A DNA stretch of 48,567 nt from Clostridiales bacterium (GTDB taxonomy: Bacteria; Bacillota; Clostridia; Christensenellales; CAG-138), in NCBI GenBank assembly GCA_009783775.1, contig WRCT01000001.1, positions 1-48,567 on the forward strand. Direction: 5' to 3'. Within the stretch, counting starts at the first letter, position 1; each line of letters begins with the position of its first letter. Under the pieces are notes generated by a model. It had not been told where the DNA came from and made no database searches. It was given only the letters and a program-made list of their open reading frames with translations. Below are positions 1 through 7,100 of the stretch, piece by piece. Position numbers and translations under genes: made by a program.

Positions 1-75
1 CCTCCCCTCCAAGACTATGGCGGAGGGGGAAAAAATATAAATTGGGTTTTTTTTTCTGTTGTTTGTTTGTGGGTT

Positions 76-95
76 GGGGGGGGGGGGGGGGGGGG
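76..95. repeat. G20 homopolymer in low-complexity window edge
   Basis: 20 consecutive G after a T/G-rich stretch. No ORF or motif context. Lies at the extreme window edge. Confidence 0.9.
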
Positions 96-120
96 AACAA
101 GTTGCGCCTTGATCAATTGC

Positions 121-154
121 AAAAATCCCCCGACATACATCGGAGGATTTTTTG
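121..154 (-). terminator. intrinsic terminator (bidirectional shape) after the 169-771 CDS
   Basis: AAAAA-TCCCCCGA-cataca-TCGGAGGA-TTTTTT. 8-bp stem with one mismatch, flanked by an A-run and a T-run. 15 nt beyond the stop codon. Confidence 0.7.
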
Positions 155-168
155 TTGCCGCAGTTTTG

Positions 169-771
169 CTAAAGGGTCTCTATTATTGCAATCACTTCCG
201 TGATGGTTGAACAAACCTGATTGTCCGCCAGCCCGCCCACAAAGTTGTTTAAGCGGAAGGTTTCGTTGTAGTAGTTGCGCACATCGCTTTTGTAGAGGAT
301 CATTCGCTTTTGCAGGCCGTAGGCCAGGCCGATCTCCGCAGCCGTGCCCGAATCAATTTCTATGCCGTTGCAGTTGGCAAGCAGCACATCACATTCTTTG
401 ATGGCTTTTAAGTCCATATAGAAACAGGCGGCCTTCACCAGGTTGCTGCTGTCCTTGGTGATCACCACTTCCTGCGGCAAAAACGTGGTGTAACCCAGCG
501 CGCGCAGGGCGTCGGAATTGATTTGGTTGGTGTAGCGGTCGCCCTCATTAAACAGCGGCCCCGCCATATAGACTTTGCGTTTGCCCGCGCTGTAGGGTTG
601 CATATACTTATCCAGCGCCTCGATGGTTTGCGCGTCCTCGATCGCCCGCATTTCGGGGTCGTAAGCAATCGCCTTTTCTCCGTACTTCTCCACAAAGACA
701 GGATAACAGCAGCCGTCCTTGGAATAAACGGCAAAAATCTCGTCCCCTTCGTTTCCCAAATAGTATTTCAT
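169..771 (-). CDS. nucleoside 2-deoxyribosyltransferase-like protein
   Basis: Start moved to ATG 771 (MKYYLG), which has GAAAGGAG upstream. The C-terminal half has the KVYMAGPLFNEGDR ... EIDSGTAAEIG pattern typical of the deoxyribosyltransferase fold. Confidence 0.6.
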   Translation of the reverse strand: MKYYLGNEGDEIFAVYSKDGCCYPVFVEKYGEKAIAYDPEMRAIEDAQTIEALDKYMQPYSAGKRKVYMAGPLFNEGDRYTNQINSDALRALGYTTFLPQEVVITKDSSNLVKAACFYMDLKAIKECDVLLANCNGIEIDSGTAAEIGLAYGLQKRMILYKSDVRNYYNETFRLNNFVGGLADNQVCSTITEVIAIIETL

Positions 772-831
772 GTGCGCGCTCCTTTCGGTATTTGCACTCA
801 TTATAACGTGGGATTTTCCCTGGGTCAATCG

Positions 832-1467
832 TTACCGCAGGACGCGGTCAAAGACCCGTGCGGCAGGAAAGGAGAGCACCAGGCAGAGCAGGATCTCCGC
901 ACCCATGTAGCTGCCGTTGTAGAGGAAGGCGTACCACCAGGGGCTCATGCTCTCCGGCGCGAAGGTCGCAAAGAACACCGCGCCCGAGAGAAAGTGGAAG
1001 AAAAAGCGTCCGACGCCGCCGAAAAGGACGCCCAGTTGCAGGTTCTTGACTGAGCCTGCCAGGCCGAGCGCGGCAAAGGCGAGCGGATAGTCCAGCAGGA
1101 TTTGCAGGGGGTGGTAGATCTCGGGCTTTTGAATGAATTGCAGCAGGCCGTAGGCCAGGCCGCAGAGCAGGCCATTGCGCAAGCCGAAACGGTTGGCATA
1201 CAAAAAGATGGGCAGCATGGAGGCCAGCGTGATACTACCGCCCATCGGCATGGAAAAGAGCTTGATATAGGACAGCACAAAGGCCAGCGCCATGCACATC
1301 GCGCCGTAGAGAAGGGTGCGCAGGTCTTTTTTCCTTTCGGGCTGCTCCTGTTTTTTCAGCCAAACCAACAGCACAACCAGCGCGACAGCGACCAAGGCCG
1401 CGCCGCCGACCCACAGCCAGTCGGTCAGGGTCATCTTGGCCAGCTTGGACCAGAGTGTGAATTTCAT
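832..1467 (-). CDS. thiT: thiamine ECF-transporter S component ThiT
   Basis: Polytopic membrane protein. FFFHFLSGAVFF and the C-terminal segment resemble ThiT. GGGAGGA RBS. Sits directly behind a THI-box riboswitch. Confidence 0.75.
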   Translation of the reverse strand: MKFTLWSKLAKMTLTDWLWVGGAALVAVALVVLLVWLKKQEQPERKKDLRTLLYGAMCMALAFVLSYIKLFSMPMGGSITLASMLPIFLYANRFGLRNGLLCGLAYGLLQFIQKPEIYHPLQILLDYPLAFAALGLAGSVKNLQLGVLFGGVGRFFFHFLSGAVFFATFAPESMSPWWYAFLYNGSYMGAEILLCLVLSFPAARVFDRVLR

Positions 1468-1528
1468 TTCATTCCTCCCAAATTAGATTCTTCGCTTCGC
1501 TCAGAATGACAGGCAAAGCACGCCCAAA

Positions 1529-1645
1529 TAAAAAAGCAGCCTCTTCGCGCTGCATATAAAAGCCTCTTATAACCGCTTTCCTACGCTGGCATTACCCAAC
1601 AGGTTCCAAGGGTGCTTCTCAGTCTTGTGCCAACCACAGAAGATG
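1529..1645 (-). promoter_or_regulatory. TPP (THI-box) riboswitch with terminator-type expression platform
   Basis: The minus strand reads GGCACAAGACTGAGAAGCACCCTTGGAACCTGTTGGGTAATGCCAGCGTAGGAAAGC. This carries the CTGAGA, ACCTG and TAATGCCAGCGTAGG boxes. It is followed by GCAGC-gcgaagag-GCTGC-TTTTTT. Confidence 0.85.
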
Positions 1646-1677
1646 GAGTTGGCAACGCGACGCCCCCGCGCAGGAAT

Positions 1678-1706
1678 ACTGTATCATGATTTGGGCGTGG
1701 AGTCAA
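1678..1706 (-). promoter_or_regulatory. sigma-A type promoter for the riboswitch-thiT unit
   Basis: Minus strand: TTGACT, 17-nt spacer, TACAGT. About 30 nt upstream of the aptamer. Confidence 0.55.
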
Positions 1707-1723
1707 CCGTTCACGCGGGATTG

Positions 1724-2329
1724 TTAAGAAAAAGAAAATCGCTCCAGTTTTTTTTTGGCGCGCTGGATCGCATTGTCCACGGATTTGGGCGGGCGGGACA
1801 GCAGCTCGGCAATGGAGGGGTAGGAATGGCCCTGCAAATAGAGGGAAAAGGCCTGCTTTTCCAGCGCGGACAGGTGCTGGCTGACATAACGCGCCGCCGC
1901 CTCATAGCTCTCCTTGCCGATCAGCAGTTCCTCGGGGTCGCAGACCCGCACATTGGCGAGCAGGTCCAACAGCGTGCGCTCGTTGTCCTGCTCGAAAACG
2001 GGCTGATTGAGGGATACATAGGTGTTCAATGGCGCGTGCTTTTTGCGGGTCGCGCTCTTGATCGCGGTCAGGATCTGGCGCGTGATACACAGGTCCGCGA
2101 AACTGTGAAAGCTGGCCGCCTTGTCCTTATCATACTCGCACACGGCCTTGTACAGTCCGATCATGCCCTCCTGCATGAGATCCTCATGATCCGCGCCGAC
2201 CAAAAAATAGGTCCGCGCGCGCGCGCGCACCACGGGCTTGTAACGCTCGTACAACGCCCGCTCGGCGTCCTCGTCGCCTTGGCGTAACTGTTCAATTAAG
2301 GTTTCATCATGTAGATTTTCCATCATCAC
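1724..2329 (-). CDS. sigH: RNA polymerase sporulation sigma factor SigH
   Basis: FLVGADHEDLMQEGMIGLYKAV ... SFHSFADLCITRQILTAIKSATRKKHAPLN is close to Bacillus SigH. Sits in the classic position downstream of rlmB. Confidence 0.85.
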   Translation of the reverse strand: MMMENLHDETLIEQLRQGDEDAERALYERYKPVVRARARTYFLVGADHEDLMQEGMIGLYKAVCEYDKDKAASFHSFADLCITRQILTAIKSATRKKHAPLNTYVSLNQPVFEQDNERTLLDLLANVRVCDPEELLIGKESYEAAARYVSQHLSALEKQAFSLYLQGHSYPSIAELLSRPPKSVDNAIQRAKKKLERFSFS

Positions 2330-2339
2330 AGATTACGCA

Positions 2340-3311
2340 TTACGAATTGTCCTGCCGTCTTTTTTCGAATAGCAGCACCGCCGCGGCCACGCCCGCGTTG
2401 AGCGAGCCGATGTGCCCTTCCATGGGAATGGACACGAGAAAGTCGCAGTTGTCCTTAACCAGCTTGGAGAGCCCCGCGCCCTCGCCGCCGATGACCAGCG
2501 CCAACGGCCCGTTTAGGCCCTGCTCGTACATGGGTCGGCCCGCCATATCCGCGCCCGCGATCCACAGGCCCGCGCGTTTGAGTTCGATGATCGCGGCGGA
2601 GACGTTCACGACCCGCGCGACCTTGACGTGTTCCGTCGCGCCCGCGCTGGCTTTGACGGCGGCGGCGGTGACCTGTGCGCTCCGGCGTTTGCCGATGACC
2701 ACCCCGTGCACCCCCGCGCAGTCCGCGCTGCGGATAATCGAGCCCAGGTTGTGCGGGTCCTCGATTCCGTCCAGTACCACCACAAAAGGCGCCTGCCCCC
2801 GCTCTTTGGCGACGGCCAAAATGTCCGCCACATCGCAATAGGACACGCCGGCGGCGTAGGCTACGATGCCCTGGTGGTTGGCGGGCTTGCCGCCGTGGCC
2901 GAAGGGCAGGGTCAGCTCGTCTAATTTGCGCCGGTCGACCTCGCGGATTACCAGCTTGCTGTCACGCGCCAGGGAGACGATCTCACGCAGGGAGCCGTCC
3001 GGATCGGTCTGGACCAGAATCCGGTCAATGCTGCGGCCCGCGCGCACCGCCTCGCGCACCGCGTTGCGCCCGATGATCAGGAAGGGCAGCTCGTCCGCCC
3101 GCGTCTCGGGCGGCGGGGTCGGTTCGGGCGGCGGCACGGCCTCCCTCTTTGGTTTGCCGTAGCCTTCCCGCTTGCCATAGGTCTCGCGCGGACCGGCGGA
3201 TTCCCGTCGCTGCTCGTATTTTCCCCGCTGCGACTGCGGCTTGTTCTCTTTCCCCTTGTATGGGGGCTTGCTCTCTTTCCCCTTGTATGGGGGCTTTTTG
3301 CTGTATGCCAT
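2340..3311 (-). CDS. rlmB: 23S rRNA 2-prime-O-methyltransferase RlmB (SpoU/TrmH family)
   Basis: SpoU motifs: LDGIEDPHNLGSIIRSA, LVIGGEGAGLS and IPMEGHIGSLNAGVAAAVLLFE. N-terminal K/P-rich extension with a duplicated KPPYKGKE unit. AGGAG RBS. Confidence 0.85.
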   Translation of the reverse strand: MAYSKKPPYKGKESKPPYKGKENKPQSQRGKYEQRRESAGPRETYGKREGYGKPKREAVPPPEPTPPPETRADELPFLIIGRNAVREAVRAGRSIDRILVQTDPDGSLREIVSLARDSKLVIREVDRRKLDELTLPFGHGGKPANHQGIVAYAAGVSYCDVADILAVAKERGQAPFVVVLDGIEDPHNLGSIIRSADCAGVHGVVIGKRRSAQVTAAAVKASAGATEHVKVARVVNVSAAIIELKRAGLWIAGADMAGRPMYEQGLNGPLALVIGGEGAGLSKLVKDNCDFLVSIPMEGHIGSLNAGVAAAVLLFEKRRQDNS

Positions 3312-3331
3312 AACTAACTCCTTATCTATAG

Positions 3332-3426
3332 CGTCATTGCGGGTCTTACCGTCATTGCGGGTTTGACCCGCAATCTCCCGTGTTTTTGCGAAGAACGAGA
3401 TTGCGGCTCGGCGGCCGCAATGACGG
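3332..3426. repeat. REP/BIME-like cluster (CGTCATTGCGG hairpin family)
   Basis: Half unit at 3332-3344. Unit CGTCATTGCGGGT-ttg-ACCCGCAATCTC at 3350-3377. Inverted unit GAGATTGCGG-ctcggcgg-CCGCAATGACGG at 3397-3426. Lies between rlmB and mrnC. Confidence 0.85.
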
Positions 3427-3843
3427 TTAGGTGGGTAACGCCTTGCCCATCAGCTCGTCCAGCCGCGCGTCCGCGCCGGAAAGATACAAATGCCCCAGCA
3501 GGGCCTCCAAGCCAGTGGCGATACGGTACTCCGTCACGCTGGCGTTTTTCGGCACGGTGCCGCCGTGCGCGTTGCGCCCGCGCTTGAATACGGCCAGCTC
3601 TTCCTGTGTCAGCAGCGGTTCGAGCCGAAAATACGCCTCCGCCTGCCCATGCGCGCAGACCAGTTTTGCGGCCTCCAGGTGCAGCGCGTGCACGTCCGCG
3701 TCCCGCTCGTGCAACAGTTTGGTGCGCACAAAAAGATCATAGACCGTGTCGCCGACATAGGCCAATGTCAGCACCGACAGGGTTTGCGGCGCTTGCGGTT
3801 TTTCGATGTGCAGCGCGGTTGTAATGCGGTCGTGCGCATTCAT
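3427..3843 (-). CDS. mrnC: mini-ribonuclease 3 (MrnC)
   Basis: Start taken at the internal ATG 3843 (MNAHDR). LAYVGDTVYDLFVRT ... EYRIATGLEALLGHLYL is RNase III-like. ATGA overlap with the ridA stop. The Arg-rich 5-prime extension of the long ORF was discarded. Confidence 0.8.
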   Translation of the reverse strand: MNAHDRITTALHIEKPQAPQTLSVLTLAYVGDTVYDLFVRTKLLHERDADVHALHLEAAKLVCAHGQAEAYFRLEPLLTQEELAVFKRGRNAHGGTVPKNASVTEYRIATGLEALLGHLYLSGADARLDELMGKALPT

Positions 3844-4220
3844 ACCAGTGCGATCGCGTCGATCTCCACCAGCGCGTCCTTGGGCAGGCGGCAAACCTGC
3901 ACGCAGGCGCGGGCGGGATAGGGCGCGGGGAAATAGGTGGCGTAGACCGCGTTCACGGCGGCGAAGTCGTCCATGTCCTTGAGATAGACCGTGGTGCGCG
4001 TGACGTGTTCCGGACCCGCGCCGGAGGCGGCCAGAATGGCCATCACGTTCTTCAGGCATTGGTGCGCCTGAGCCGCGGCGTCCACGCCGACCAAAACCAT
4101 GGTCTCGGGATCCAAGGGTGTCTGGCCCGAGACGAAGAGCCATTCGCCGCTGCCACGCGTGCCTTGGCTGTACGGGCCAAGCGCCTGCGGCGCTTGGGAA
4201 GTCTTGATTTCGCTTTTCAT
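3840..4220 (-). CDS. ridA: RidA/YjgF-family reactive-intermediate deaminase
   Basis: 126 aa. APQALGPYSQG ... FVSGQ ... ARACVQVCRLPKDALVEIDAIA is the canonical YjgF pattern. AAGGA RBS. Confidence 0.8.
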   Translation of the reverse strand: MKSEIKTSQAPQALGPYSQGTRGSGEWLFVSGQTPLDPETMVLVGVDAAAQAHQCLKNVMAILAASGAGPEHVTRTTVYLKDMDDFAAVNAVYATYFPAPYPARACVQVCRLPKDALVEIDAIALV

Positions 4221-4235
4221 ACTACATCCTTTCGT

Positions 4236-4385
4236 AAGTAATAAGGAATGGGGAATAAGTAATAATGTATGTGAAAACAGCTCCGCTGTTTTTTCATTTT
4301 ATATACAGGCAACCCATCATTTGTGCGCCAGCACACCTCCATTATTACTTATTCCTTATTACTTATTCCTTATTATTTATTCCTT
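4236..4385. repeat. heptad-armed hairpin element, copy 1
   Basis: Left arm AAGTAAT AAGGAAT GGGGAAT AAGTAAT (4236-4263). Hairpin GAAAACAGC-tcc-GCTGTTTTTTC (4273-4295). Box TGTGCgccaGCACA. Right arm ATTACTT ATTCCTT, 6 units (4344-4385). Confidence 0.9.
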
Positions 4386-4850
4386 CAGTCGGCAGACGTC
4401 CACCCACCCCGCCACATTCTCAGCCAGGGATTCGAGTTCGGCGAGGGTCAGGCGCACGCAGCTGTTGCCGCTGCCGCAGGCGGGGTAGACACTGTCAAAG
4501 CGGGTCAGGGACTGGTCCAGCCAGACCGCAACCTCGGGCAAGATTGCAAAGGGGCAGACGCCGCCCACCGCGTGGCCGATGTGCTGTTCCACCTCAGGCG
4601 CCGAGAGCATGGTCGCCTTGCAGGCGAAGGTGTCGCGGAATTTCCGGTTGTCCACCCGCGCGTCTCCCGCTGCCACGACAAGGATTGGTTTGCCTCCGAC
4701 CCAAAAGGACAGGGACTTGGCAATGCGCGCGGGCGCAACGCCCAGCGCCTCCGCCGCCAACGCGACGGTCTGGGTAGGTTTTTCAAATTCAACAATTTGG
4801 GGCGCTACTTCCCGGGTCAGAAAGTAAGCGCGCACTTTGTCTATTGACAT
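4377..4850 (-). CDS. YbaK/EbsC/ProX-family aminoacyl-tRNA editing (deacylase) protein
   Basis: 157 aa. KSLSFWV ... ILVVAAGDARVDNRKF ... GHAVGGVCPF pattern. GGAGGA RBS. The last codons and the TAA lie inside the heptad arm. Confidence 0.7.
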   Translation of the reverse strand: MSIDKVRAYFLTREVAPQIVEFEKPTQTVALAAEALGVAPARIAKSLSFWVGGKPILVVAAGDARVDNRKFRDTFACKATMLSAPEVEQHIGHAVGGVCPFAILPEVAVWLDQSLTRFDSVYPACGSGNSCVRLTLAELESLAENVAGWVDVCRLKE

Positions 4851-4861
4851 ATATCCTCCAA

Positions 4862-4970
4862 ACTACAACCTACAATTGAGGAGACGGGCGCTTGGCGCCA
4901 CCCGTTTTTTATCATATCAAATGATAGAAAACTGTAGAGCAGTTTTTTCTTTCATTGTACATTGTACATT
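4862..4970. repeat. heptad-armed hairpin element
   Basis: ACTACAA CCTACAA arm. GC hairpin with a T-run (4883-4910). The box ATCAAATGATAGAAAAC runs into the hairpin AAAACTG-tagag-CAGTTTT (4928-4950). TTGTACA x2 arm (4955-4968). Confidence 0.85.
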
Positions 4971-5408
4971 CACGATCTCCCCCAGCTCCCGAACCGCGTT
5001 CAAAAAGGGCGTGTCGCGGTCCTTTAAGGCGGCCAGCACGCGGTAGGGCCCTTGCAAGACTTCCAGCACGCGAGCTTGAAAGGCAAGGGCGTCGGATTCC
5101 AAAATGCCCAGCTCGTCCATCAGCACCAGCGCGCCCGACGGGATATCCGAAAGCAGGGCCAGACCCAGGCCGTCGAACACCTCGGGGTGGGGACGGGCCA
5201 GGCGTTTTTCCGTGGAGATCAGATCGCCGATTCGATTTGTCTCCCCCATTTGCCGCTCTTTGTCACCGGCGGCGTAGAGATAGATATGGCCGTCGTCCTC
5301 CTTGCGCGTGACAAAGCCGTAAACCGGCCCGCCAATCTCTCCGGCCAGCTTTTGGATATAGGTGCTTTTGCCGCTGCCGCTCGGGCCGCAGACGAGGATG
5401 GGTTTCAT
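4917..5408 (-). CDS. THEP1-like nucleoside-triphosphatase (P-loop)
   Basis: Walker A GPSGSGKST and Walker B LVLMDELG. About 160 aa. No SD; leaderless-type promoter. The C-terminal ~18 aa are encoded by the repeat element. Confidence 0.55.
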   Translation of the reverse strand: MKPILVCGPSGSGKSTYIQKLAGEIGGPVYGFVTRKEDDGHIYLYAAGDKERQMGETNRIGDLISTEKRLARPHPEVFDGLGLALLSDIPSGALVLMDELGILESDALAFQARVLEVLQGPYRVLAALKDRDTPFLNAVRELGEIVNVQCTMKEKTALQFSII

Positions 5409-5415
5409 GTCGGCA

Positions 5416-5424
5416 ATTATATCA
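5416..5424 (-). promoter_or_regulatory. extended -10 promoter giving a leaderless mRNA
   Basis: Minus strand: TGaTATAAT, then 7 nt, then ATG at 5408. No Shine-Dalgarno in between. Confidence 0.5.
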
Positions 5425-5431
5425 CAAATAA

Positions 5432-5459
5432 TTGCCAGACGCCAGATTCCAGTTGCCAG
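5432..5459. repeat. heptad array (TTGCCAG ACGCCAG ATTCCAG TTGCCAG)
   Basis: Four exact-period 7-bp units, directly abutting the terminator hairpin at 5460-5484. Confidence 0.85.
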
Positions 5460-5484
5460 AAAAAAAGGGACGCATGAACGTCCC
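5460..5484 (-). terminator. intrinsic terminator of the SurA-like lipoprotein gene
   Basis: Minus strand: GGGACG-ttcatg-CGTCCC followed by TTTTTTT. Confidence 0.7.
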
Positions 5485-5531
5485 TTGATACTATATCCCG
5501 CGTGAGCGGTCCGGAATCCGGTGTCCGGAAG

Positions 5532-6884
5532 CTATCTCCCGACCATTGCGTAATTCTCGGGGTAGTACACGACGACCTTTTGGGCCTCCTCCAGCCAGTC
5601 GCTTTGACGCTGGCCCCAGACGACGTCCTGACGCTCGAGCAGGGCGGCGGCCGTCGCCGCTTCCAGTACGTCTTTGAGCGGCACGGGGCCGGCGGGCAGG
5701 ATTTCAATGAGCTTGACGATGTAGAAGGTGCCTTCGATTTCGATGATATCGGAGAAGGCGCCCGCCTCCAGTTCCGCCGCCGCGCTCCACACCGCCTCCG
5801 GCACGGAGGGGTCGGTCTCGGTCAGGTAGAGATAGCGAATGTCTTTTGCCTCGTCCTTGTTGTACTTACCCATAATCGCGTCAAAGTCCGCGCCTTCCTC
5901 GGCCAGCTCCGCCGCGGCCGCGTCGGCCTTGGCTTTGGGGCCTTCGGCGAAGGTCTCATACAGCGCGTCCGTGTCAGCCTTGAGCTGCGCGTACTCGTCG
6001 CGAATCTCCTTGAGACGATCCGCGTCCGCGCCGCCCGCGAGCATGAGCTTGCCGTATTCGGCCTCCAGCTTGGCCATCGTTTCCTTGCCCGTGGTATAGG
6101 ACTCGTCGACCTCTTCCTCGGACGCAATGGTGATCAGCGCGATTTTGGCGAAACCCTCGGGCACGGTCAGCGCGGGCAGGGTGGAAAAGCCTTGCTCGAA
6201 CTGCTGCATATAGGCCTTAAAGTCAACGGGCGCTTCGGCGAAAGCCTCCTCATGCGCTTTGAGCTCGCCCTCGTACCAGGCCTTGACGTCCTCGTCGGAG
6301 ACGGTCACGTCCAGGGCGACCTTGCCCTGCACCGCCTCGGTGAGCACCTGGTTGATCATGTCCTTTTTATAGTCTTCCAGATACTTGTCCAATGACATCT
6401 CGTCACCGTAATATCCCTTGATCTCCTCGTCGATCAAGGCCAGCGCGGCCTCTTCCAGCTCGGCGGGGTCGGTTGTTTCCTCGCCGACCAGGGTCATGTA
6501 ATAGTCGATGATATCCTGCCGCTCGCCGGCGATGATATCGTCGATCTCAGCCAGCTGCACGTTGGTGAGGGTCACGCCCATTTCCTCCGCCTTCCAGAGA
6601 ATGGCGTAGTTGGCGAGCATTTGGTCGAGCGCCATCTGCACATACTCCGCGATCTCCGCCTCGTCGGTGGGCGCGGGCATACCGTACTGCTGCATATAGC
6701 CGATGAACCCGTTATAGGCCGCTTCCAGCTCGCCGACCGTGGCGACAAGGTCGCCCAGCTTAAACGCGGGCGCGTCGGGATCTAATTTGGGTTTGTCCGC
6801 GTCCTTGTTCTTGTTGCAGGCCAGCAGGCCAACGACCAATACGGCCGCCAGGCAGAGAATGCAAATTTGCTTAAAAGTCTTCAT
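5532..6884 (-). CDS. SurA N-terminal domain / PrsA-like foldase lipoprotein
   Basis: Start at ATG 6884 (MKTFKQ, AAGGAAAA upstream). Lipobox LLAC. Acidic, helical SurA-like body. The conserved position downstream of mfd in Clostridia was recalled from memory. Confidence 0.6.
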   Translation of the reverse strand: MKTFKQICILCLAAVLVVGLLACNKNKDADKPKLDPDAPAFKLGDLVATVGELEAAYNGFIGYMQQYGMPAPTDEAEIAEYVQMALDQMLANYAILWKAEEMGVTLTNVQLAEIDDIIAGERQDIIDYYMTLVGEETTDPAELEEAALALIDEEIKGYYGDEMSLDKYLEDYKKDMINQVLTEAVQGKVALDVTVSDEDVKAWYEGELKAHEEAFAEAPVDFKAYMQQFEQGFSTLPALTVPEGFAKIALITIASEEEVDESYTTGKETMAKLEAEYGKLMLAGGADADRLKEIRDEYAQLKADTDALYETFAEGPKAKADAAAAELAEEGADFDAIMGKYNKDEAKDIRYLYLTETDPSVPEAVWSAAAELEAGAFSDIIEIEGTFYIVKLIEILPAGPVPLKDVLEAATAAALLERQDVVWGQRQSDWLEEAQKVVVYYPENYAMVGR

Positions 6885-6931
6885 GTTTTGTTTTCCTTTC
6901 GGGCGCACAGTTTAGGCGCACATTGCGGGTC

Positions 6932-7076
6932 TCCCTTTAAAAGCGTTAGGAGATTGGTGAGGATTTTTTGTCGCAGGCGCGGAGCAGGCGTGATACGTAG
7001 CAGGCGGCCTACGTTGAACGACGGCGACAATGTCGGCGGCAAAAAAGACCGCCAAGGTGCAACGCTTTTAAAGGGA
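6932..7076 (+). mobile_element. 145-bp TIR (MITE-like) element, copy A
   Basis: Perfect 16-bp terminal inverted repeat, TCCCTTTAAAAGCGTT / AACGCTTTTAAAGGGA. About 85 percent identical, by eye, to the reverse complement of 11138-11284. Confidence 0.8.
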
Positions 7077-7100
7077 AACCCGCATAAGACACCAATTACA

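Noticed and set aside
3844-4143. The N-terminal 100-aa extension of the 238-aa ORF 3427-4143.
   Set aside because: The extension is Arg/Gly-rich junk lying entirely inside the well-supported ridA gene in another frame. The RNase III-like domain begins at the internal ATG 3843, which overlaps the ridA stop.
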